Assembly (NCBI GenBank): GCA_011364985.1
Contig: RDOC01000016.1
Span: forward strand, 1 to 11,326
DNA: 11,326 nucleotides
Source: Candidatus Thorarchaeota archaeon
GTDB taxonomy: Archaea > Asgardarchaeota > Thorarchaeia > Thorarchaeales > Thorarchaeaceae
Direction of reading: 5' to 3'
The notes under the pieces were generated by a model. The model searched no databases, was not told where the DNA came from, and saw only the letters and a program-made list of their open reading frames with translations. Positions 7,516 to 11,326 of this stretch are shown here, piece by piece. The position numbers and the translations under genes were made by a program. Numbering within the stretch: the first letter of the stretch is position 1; every line of letters starts with the position of its first letter.

Positions 7516-7765
7516 ATGAATCAGCAGTTCAGGGGAAGAATGATTCATTTTGAGAAAGGGAATTGACAGAAAGCCCTAAAGCTATCTTGGGGATGTTTTA
7601 CGTATTGACCCAGATCACAAAAGAGATCTCTACTATTTGGCTCCCTGCAATGAGGAACTGCAGAATTGGTCCGTAGTGAAAAACACAACCAATGGATATT
7701 TAGATCAAGAACCAAGCGATTACGAAGCGAAATCCATGTTAAAAAGGACACAGCAGCATCTGTAA
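7516..7765 (+). pseudogene. Disrupted tandem paralog of the TPR domain of CDS 6901-7449
   Basis: Frame of ATG 7516 reads MNQQFRGRMIHFEKGN*QKAL. After a +1 shift near 7579 it reads SYLGDVLRIDPDHKRDLYYLAPCNEELQNWSVVKNTTNGYLDQEPSDYEAKSMLKRTQQHL* (TAA 7763-7765). This aligns without gaps to MEIRFEEG...AHKKL of the upstream gene (from nt 7153), 28/82 identities by hand count. TGA 7564-7566 sits at the parent's Trp. Confidence 0.85.
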
Positions 7766-7884
7766 TATGGCAAAAGAATTCATTTTGAGACGATTATTCA
7801 AATTGGAATGTCCCCATACCGTCTTCTTGGCAAAGGATAAGAGGAGAAGGTAGATGGTTCCCAGATCATCATGGAGAGGATATT

Positions 7885-10176
7885 GTGGAAGCAGGCGGCG
7901 AAAAGTGCAAAGTTGAAATTGGGGGGAAGTCGGTCCGACTGAGCAACGATTTAGTTGCCATTACATATGATACGCTTCTCGGGGAGTGCTCATTGACTTC
8001 TGCAGATGGGAATCAGATCTTCTTCTCACGAGCATATCTTCAAATAAGAACAGAGCGCTTTGTCTACGACTCTCGAAGAATGGTCTACAAATCTGTTAGC
8101 GTAGCTGAATTCAGGAATCTACGCGGAGAAGGAAAGGCAGTCGTCCTGCGATTGCAGGATACTGAAAGATCTGCTGACATCAGCATCAGGCTTGCAATTG
8201 TAAAGGGAGTACCGGGTTATTCATGTATCGTTCGGTTCAGGAATAATGCTGATGCCGTGAGGGTAGTGTCTATGAATCCATTTGTCCTAGATGTGGACGA
8301 GAATTCAAGACTGTTCACCGGACAGAATGGGGACGACCTAATGTTCTTCAGAAATGGATTCCAGTCTTGGGATCTTTCTCAGGCCTTGCCAATTGAGCAG
8401 GGCAAGAACGAAAGCCATCTCTTTTCTGTCCTCTCCAATATTAGGAGCGGAGACTCACTAGTCCTTGGTTTTATCACCATGGCGGACCAGATAGCAACAA
8501 TTACGGTCAATGGAAGAGAAGCAAGAGAGAGCAGGTTAGCTGGGCTTGTGAGCTCAGCCCTGATCGAGGTGGACATTCCAAGGAAGGGGCAGGTTGCATC
8601 AGAAGAGCTTCTTGTCATGGCGAGCAGGAATGCTGCCAAGAATCTTTCAACCTATGCGGATATGGTTTCGGAGAAAATGAAAGCGATTTCTTGGCACAAT
8701 ACACCAACGGGATGGTGCAGCTGGTACTACTATTATACACTCCCGGATGAGAATGATATCATGACTAATGCTGAACAAGTCAGACAAAGATATGGCAAGT
8801 CCATAGAATGGATTCAGATAGATGACGGATATCAGAAATCAGTTGGTGACTGGAAGGAGAACTCAAGATTCCTAAGCGGCCTAAAACAGCTGGTTATGAA
8901 GATCACGAAGCTAGGTCTTAAGGCAGGTTTATGGGTTGCGCCTTTTGTGGCGTCGGAACACTCAGACCTCTTTAAGGATAAACCGAATTGGTTCGTCCGA
9001 GATGATGATAATGTGCCCATTGTCGTGGACCAAAACCCGCTCTGGTTAGGCAACTACTATGCGCTGGACTTGACGAATCCATCTGTTTTAGAATTCCTTG
9101 AGAGCACCTTCAAGCGATTGCGTTCGTGCGGTTTCGAATACTTCAAGATCGACTTCCTATACCATGCTGCAGTCAAGGGAAGAAGACATGATCCAAAGCG
9201 GACTAGAGCACAAGCAGTGAGAAAAGGATTGGAAGTGGTCCGAGATGCAGTGGGAGATTCATTTCTTTTGGGCTGCGGAGCTCCGCTAGGGCCCAGTGTT
9301 GGAATCGTTAACGGGATGCGAATAGGAACAGATATCGCTGCCGCTTGGAGACTCGATTGGGGTGGAGGAGTATACGAGTGTAGTATCAATACAATGACAA
9401 GGTCAATTCTACATAACCGATGGTGGAAAAATGACCCTGACTGCATTCTGATTCGACAAGATGGGACAAATCTGACACCGAATGAGCTTGAACTCTGGCT
9501 AACAGTTGTAGCTCTAAGCGGAGGCTTGCTTCTGCTAAGCGATAAGATGGATGAGGTGTCTGAAAAGAACAAGGCTCTTGTTGACAAGATGCTGCCAATC
9601 TACAAACACGGAGCTGTGGCGCTAGATGCTTATGTCGAGCCAGAACCTAGACTACTTGCATTGGCAGTAGACAATGCCATAGGAAAATGGGTTGTCCTAG
9701 GGGCATTTAACCTCAGTGAGAAAGACATTGATGTCAGGACTAACATGAAGGATCTAGGACTTAACGAGGATCAGCCTCACCACATCTTTGACTTCTGGAA
9801 GCAGGAGTACGAGGGGGTGGCAGAGGGAGAAGTTGTCCTGCGGGGGCTGAAGCCGCATGCATGCAGGTTGCTTTCAATTCGTCCTAAAACAGAAGCGCCT
9901 GATATTCTTAGCACTACAATGCATTTCACTCAAGGAGGAATAGAGCTGAAACGCAAGAAATGGCATCCAGAAACTGGTGAATTGGAGGTTATAATTGATC
10001 GGACGACAAGAAGCGAAGAAGCTATCTATCTTGTATTTAACCAAGAATGGACCCCAACGAATGCTTTTCTAGGGAAGGAACCTGTCACTCTAGACAGGAT
10101 TACACCGGAGGTTGTAGCCATTAGAAGCCAATTCGAGAGGGGACAGGCATTAACAGTGAGATTCTCCTGCGATTAA
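7885..10176 (+). CDS. Alpha-galactosidase, glycoside hydrolase family 36 (clan D; Thermotoga GalA-like)
   Basis: Motifs GWCSWY, IQIDDGYQ, GLWVAPF, LDLTNP, YFKIDF (nucleophile Asp, codon 9151-9153), MRIGTD (acid/base Asp, codon 9331-9333), NDPDC. GTG start with GGAGAGGA at 7873-7880. No signal peptide. Confidence 0.9.
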   Translation: MEAGGEKCKVEIGGKSVRLSNDLVAITYDTLLGECSLTSADGNQIFFSRAYLQIRTERFVYDSRRMVYKSVSVAEFRNLRGEGKAVVLRLQDTERSADISIRLAIVKGVPGYSCIVRFRNNADAVRVVSMNPFVLDVDENSRLFTGQNGDDLMFFRNGFQSWDLSQALPIEQGKNESHLFSVLSNIRSGDSLVLGFITMADQIATITVNGREARESRLAGLVSSALIEVDIPRKGQVASEELLVMASRNAAKNLSTYADMVSEKMKAISWHNTPTGWCSWYYYYTLPDENDIMTNAEQVRQRYGKSIEWIQIDDGYQKSVGDWKENSRFLSGLKQLVMKITKLGLKAGLWVAPFVASEHSDLFKDKPNWFVRDDDNVPIVVDQNPLWLGNYYALDLTNPSVLEFLESTFKRLRSCGFEYFKIDFLYHAAVKGRRHDPKRTRAQAVRKGLEVVRDAVGDSFLLGCGAPLGPSVGIVNGMRIGTDIAAAWRLDWGGGVYECSINTMTRSILHNRWWKNDPDCILIRQDGTNLTPNELELWLTVVALSGGLLLLSDKMDEVSEKNKALVDKMLPIYKHGAVALDAYVEPEPRLLALAVDNAIGKWVVLGAFNLSEKDIDVRTNMKDLGLNEDQPHHIFDFWKQEYEGVAEGEVVLRGLKPHACRLLSIRPKTEAPDILSTTMHFTQGGIELKRKKWHPETGELEVIIDRTTRSEEAIYLVFNQEWTPTNAFLGKEPVTLDRITPEVVAIRSQFERGQALTVRFSCD

Positions 10177-10182
10177 GGACAT

Positions 10183-11073
10183 TCACGCAACAATCTTGTT
10201 TCGCAGGTAGCCTATCCCCTCAATGAAGAGCTCGACAGTGTCCCCAGGTTTTAGAAACTCAGGAGGAGTCCTTGCAAAGCCCACACCCGAAGGTGTTCCT
10301 GTTGCAATCACATCACCCGGCTCAAGTGTAAAGGATTTCGATAAGAATGAAACAACTTGACGTACTCCATATCGAAGACTAGAGGTACTAGAGTCCTGTT
10401 TCAGGACGCCATTGACTCTTGTCTGCATCGTCAGGCCGGAAGCATCATCAAGCTCATCGACAGTCACAATACAAGGTCCCATTGGACATAGTCCGTCTAG
10501 AGACTTGCCATGAACCCATTGGGTTCCTTCCCTCTGAAGGTCTCTTGCGCTTAAATCATTGATAATAGTGTAGCCCGCTATGTAGTCAAGTACATCGTCT
10601 TCTACTACTTCCTTGCAAATCTTACCAATAACGACACCAAGTTCAATTTCCCAATCCAATTTTTTAGTAACTTTGGGAATTGGAATACCTTGATTAGGAC
10701 TCGTAACGCTGGAGGAGAACTTTGCGAAGATTTCTGGAAACCCAGGAATGTCTCTACCGGTTTCCTCGATGTGGTCCTTGTAGTTCAACCCCAAACCAAT
10801 GATTTTTCCCGGGCGTGCTATAGGAGCCAGAATGCTTAGGCTATCCATTGAATACATTCTAGGCCTTTCGTCTGGATTCCTACCTTCGTATCGATCCAAT
10901 ATCTCTGCAACCACTGAGAGTCCGTGTTCCCATCTAAGAAGGTCAATCATCTGTGATGGCAGCATATCCTTCATTCCCAGCTCAGAAGCTGCTTTAGGGA
11001 TATCAAGCAGTTCTCCTTCAATTTCAAGAGCGATTGACGTAGCCTTCTTCTGTGAATATGTAACCAGCCTCAT
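10183..11073 (-). CDS. Fumarylacetoacetate hydrolase (FAH) family protein, FAHD2/YcgM-like
   Basis: GLNY..H, FAK, LDWEIELGVVIG, GYTIINDLSARDLQ, W..GKSLDG..PMGP, PGDVIATGTPSGVG. Confidence 0.93.
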   Translation of the reverse strand: MRLVTYSQKKATSIALEIEGELLDIPKAASELGMKDMLPSQMIDLLRWEHGLSVVAEILDRYEGRNPDERPRMYSMDSLSILAPIARPGKIIGLGLNYKDHIEETGRDIPGFPEIFAKFSSSVTSPNQGIPIPKVTKKLDWEIELGVVIGKICKEVVEDDVLDYIAGYTIINDLSARDLQREGTQWVHGKSLDGLCPMGPCIVTVDELDDASGLTMQTRVNGVLKQDSSTSSLRYGVRQVVSFLSKSFTLEPGDVIATGTPSGVGFARTPPEFLKPGDTVELFIEGIGYLRNKIVA

Positions 11074-11079
11074 AGTTAA

Positions 11080-11092
11080 CTGGAAGTTCCAG
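11080..11092. promoter_or_regulatory. Perfect inverted repeat CTGGAA-G-TTCCAG, candidate operator
   Basis: Lies 7-19 nt upstream of the FAH ATG, between it and a TATA-like GATTAAT (- strand, ~11097-11103). Confidence 0.35.
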
Positions 11093-11182
11093 CGACATTA
11101 ATCTTTGCTGGTACTCACGGCTTGAAAATGCAATACCATTTCATTTATCCGTCATTCCGTGGCTATCATTCGAGGTGGTCTA

Positions 11183-11326
11183 TTGACGAAAGCATCTGAA
11201 ATTGACGATTTGCCTGATGAGGTATTCGTATCACTTGGAAGAAGAGGGATGGAAGGGATTCCCTTGAAAGAATGCACCTACGATTGTGACGGCAAAGAAC
11301 TGATTCTTTTGGAAGTCAAGAGGGAT
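11183..11326 (+). CDS. Hypothetical protein, 5' part (runs off the window; absent from the ORF track)
   Basis: SD GAGGTG at 11172-11177, TTG at 11183, then 48 open codons to the window end: MTKASEIDDLPDEVFVSLGRRGMEGIPLKECTYDCDGKELILLEVKRD. Contains a CxxxC. Confidence 0.75.
   Translation, partial: MTKASEIDDLPDEVFVSLGRRGMEGIPLKECTYDCDGKELILLEVKRD

Noticed and set aside
7516-7884. A 123-codon frame from ATG 7516 runs in-frame into the GH36 start and is interrupted only by TGA (7564, 7606, 7651, 7786), suggesting a multi-selenocysteine or UGA-readthrough N-terminal extension.
   Set aside because: After ~7580 the protein homology (TPR paralog) lies in a different frame, so TGA 7606 and 7651 are out-of-frame by-products and TGA 7786 lies past the paralog's stop. 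The first TGA aligns to Trp, not Cys. Other genes here (MFS, surface protein, PHP, FAH) use TGA as a stop, and GH36 has its own SD and GTG.
9057-9587. 176-aa antisense ORF inside GH36, plus the other overlapping short ORFs in the track (e.g. 342-797, 2478-2927, 4311-4676, 5752-6054, 7545-7751, 10799-11101).
   Set aside because: They are shadows of well-supported genes or of the pseudogene, with no recognisable motifs.
11128-11199. Short ATG ORF MQYHFIYPSFRGYHSRWSIDESI*.
   Set aside because: Only 23 codons, no SD, and it overlaps the promoter and SD of the better-supported TTG 11183 gene.

Overview
Archaeal chromosomal window, most likely an Asgard archaeon (Thorarchaeota-like). This is inferred from GGTGA/GAGGTG-type Shine-Dalgarno sites, TTG/GTG starts and a surface protein with Ig-like repeats of a type I associate with Thorarchaeota. 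Gene order: MFS transporter (+); convergent ~1060-aa secreted, C-terminally anchored glycoprotein (3 GATase-like/DUF4350-like domains, 3 Ig-like repeats, poly-Thr linker, TM) (-); then a + strand run of HisJ-family PHP phosphatase, 4-TM membrane protein, soluble TPR protein, 2-TM TPR protein and GH36 alpha-galactosidase; a convergent FAH-family hydrolase (-); and the 5' end of a divergent hypothetical gene. Two things are not explained by the ORF track. (1) The 'intergenic' 7516-7765 segment is a collinear, broken paralog of the TPR domain of the gene just upstream (Trp->TGA plus one 1-nt frameshift). (2) An orphan, G-U-rich three-way-junction RNA structure lies at 4744-4810, upstream of the PHP gene. 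I saw no rRNA, tRNA, CRISPR array or transposase.
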